Shown here: in pieces, positions 62,321 to 64,000 of the stretch
Numbering within the stretch: the first letter of the stretch is position 1
How the letters are laid out: every line of letters begins with the position of its first letter
From: an uncultured Pseudomonadota bacterium
GTDB taxonomy: Bacteria; Oederibacteriota; Muellerivitia; Muellerivitales; Muellerivitaceae
DNA: 64,000 nucleotides
Direction of reading: 5' to 3'
Assembly (NCBI GenBank): GCA_963843375.1
Contig: CAWJKT010000004.1
Location: forward strand, 96,001 to 160,000
Notes under the pieces: generated by a model
Seen by the model: the letters and a program-made list of their open reading frames with translations, nothing else
Told to the model about the DNA's origin: nothing
Databases searched by the model: none
Position numbers and translations under genes: made by a program

Positions 62321-62341
62321 TCTTCTGGGAAAGGTGATTTT

Positions 62342-63937
62342 TTGGACACCTTTTTAAAATCGTTAAAATCGTGTAAATTTTTTTTCACAAATTTCAATAA
62401 AAGAAAATGGCTTGGCAATATCGATTTTTTTATTTTTCTTTTATCGATAGTTTTGGCTTTTGAAATATTTTCCATCCGGGGTAATGTCGATTTGGGTTTA
62501 GGGGATGAAGGATACCTCTGGTATGGCGCAGACCGGGTCTTCCATGGGGAAGTGCCAATCCGCGATTTTGAGTCTTATGCCCCGGGAAGATATTACTGGT
62601 CGGCTTTCTTTTTTAAACTGTGGAAGCCTGGGCTCATTTGTCTCCGTCTTTCCGAATCAGTTTTTCAAGCGTTTGGCCTTTTCTTCGGGCTTCTGGCGGC
62701 TAAGAGATTCACACACAATCGTTGGGAATTAGCCGCGATCGGATTGGTATTAGCCCTTTGGATGTATCCGGAATACAAGGTTTTTGACTGCGCCATTCCC
62801 ATTATGGCGGTTTTTGCCGGGCTTAAAATCTCGGAAAGTCCTTCTTGGATCGTCTGTTGGTTCGCTGGCTTTCTTATGTCTTTAGGGCTTTTTGTCGGTC
62901 TAAACCATGGACTTTATCTTTTCGTATCCGTCCCCATCATTCTTTTGGTTAATTCAAAAAAAATTAAAATTTCAAGATGGGGGGCCGTTGGAATAGGAAT
63001 GGCCGTAGGTTTTATTCCTTACATTCGTCTTTTCTTGTTTTCAAAAGATTTTTTCCCCGCTTTTTTTAAAGAATTTCTGCGGGTCAAGGAACGGGGGGAT
63101 AATGTGCATGTTCCCGTTCCATGGCCATGGACCGTTCATTGGAGTACCGGCTGGGATTCCTATAGCTTTGCGGCTTATCTTTTCGGCGTTCTATTTCTTG
63201 TGGTTCCAATTTTTTATCTTTTTAACATTTATTCCAGGTTCTATCCTTTGGAAAAGATTAAAACCGTGAATCAATTCAACCTTATTTGTGCCACTATTGG
63301 TTTGGTTTATCTCCACTACGCCTTTTCAAGAGCCGACTACCAGCATTTAGCCGTAGCTTTGTCGCCTTTTTGGTTGAGTTTTTTCGGATATGAGCAAGCA
63401 AGCCCGTCTTGGCGAAAGGTGAGAATTTTTTTGGGCGTTGTCATTTCCATTCTATCCATCGGTGTTCAAGCCCAATGGATTCAATACTTCAACTCCCAAC
63501 AATATGGCTGGGTTGAGCGCCCAATAGGAGAAGATAAAATTTTAATGAATCCAAAGACAGCTATGGCTATTGACGGGGCACAAGAAATTGTGGGCCAATT
63601 GAAGTCGGGAGAGAATATTCTTTTCTTGCCACATCTACCGTCCCTTTATGCCGTTTTCGGATTGAAGTCCCCGATTTGGGCGACTTATGTTATTTTTCCG
63701 TTGTTGTCGTGGGAACAGGAACAAGCCATCCAAGAAATGGAAAGAAACAACGTGGTTTGGGCGGTGATCGACAACGAACCCTTGGACGGGCAAAATGATC
63801 TCAGCTTCCAAAATGAAAATCCCCAATTTTGGAAATATTTGATGGAACATTTTCAAATCGCCAGGAAGAATTACTTGTTTTGGGATTGCTATTTATTGCG
63901 CCGGAACGATACGGAGAGAAAATCGCCGAGCCCATAG
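62342..63937 (+). CDS. Polytopic membrane protein, probable GT-C (ArnT/PMT-like) glycosyltransferase
   Basis: DEGYLWYGA.RV..GEVPIRDF.SY.PGRYYW loop after the first TM, about 10 TMs, RADYQHL, C-terminal soluble domain. Confidence 0.7.
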   Translation: MDTFLKSLKSCKFFFTNFNKRKWLGNIDFFIFLLSIVLAFEIFSIRGNVDLGLGDEGYLWYGADRVFHGEVPIRDFESYAPGRYYWSAFFFKLWKPGLICLRLSESVFQAFGLFFGLLAAKRFTHNRWELAAIGLVLALWMYPEYKVFDCAIPIMAVFAGLKISESPSWIVCWFAGFLMSLGLFVGLNHGLYLFVSVPIILLVNSKKIKISRWGAVGIGMAVGFIPYIRLFLFSKDFFPAFFKEFLRVKERGDNVHVPVPWPWTVHWSTGWDSYSFAAYLFGVLFLVVPIFYLFNIYSRFYPLEKIKTVNQFNLICATIGLVYLHYAFSRADYQHLAVALSPFWLSFFGYEQASPSWRKVRIFLGVVISILSIGVQAQWIQYFNSQQYGWVERPIGEDKILMNPKTAMAIDGAQEIVGQLKSGENILFLPHLPSLYAVFGLKSPIWATYVIFPLLSWEQEQAIQEMERNNVVWAVIDNEPLDGQNDLSFQNENPQFWKYLMEHFQIARKNYLFWDCYLLRRNDTERKSPSP

Positions 63938-64000
63938 ATTGCAGAATCCCGGTGACTTCTTTTTTTTCCAATTAGAATTTTCGAGAAAAAGGCCATCTTT

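Overview
The window appears to join two unrelated DNA segments at about 22,867. The left segment (1-22.87 kb, very GC-rich, proteobacterial-type genes) is an extracytoplasmic electron-transfer island. Its minus-strand operon encodes a CcmI/CycH-like protein, a His-rich inner-membrane protein, a 21-heme cytochrome c and a giant repeat-built cytochrome c with at least 36 CxxCH motifs that runs off the left edge. Divergent from it are a membrane-anchored 2x[4Fe-4S]/FAD-NAD(P)H oxidoreductase and a Sel1/ankyrin protein. Next come DUF2844/DUF3443, PAP2, cytochrome b561, a TlpA-DUF4266-DUF3570-ApbE flavinylation cassette, an ECF sigma/FecR/TonB receptor unit, a darcynin gene and an ORF cut at the junction. 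The right segment (22.87-64 kb, near-even GC, A/T-run-rich) has housekeeping and envelope genes (thiO, hldD, purC, pepF, SulP, YeeE pair, GH67, a GH-A glycosidase, SBBP and Thr/Pro-rich surface proteins). It also carries a PhcB-type methyltransferase with two kinase/receiver genes that looks like a Ralstonia-type fatty-acid-methyl-ester quorum-sensing cassette. Many genes in both segments are split by single-base indels, probably consensus errors. Family assignments come from motif recognition and recall, not from database searches. No rRNA, tRNA, CRISPR array or transposase was recognised.
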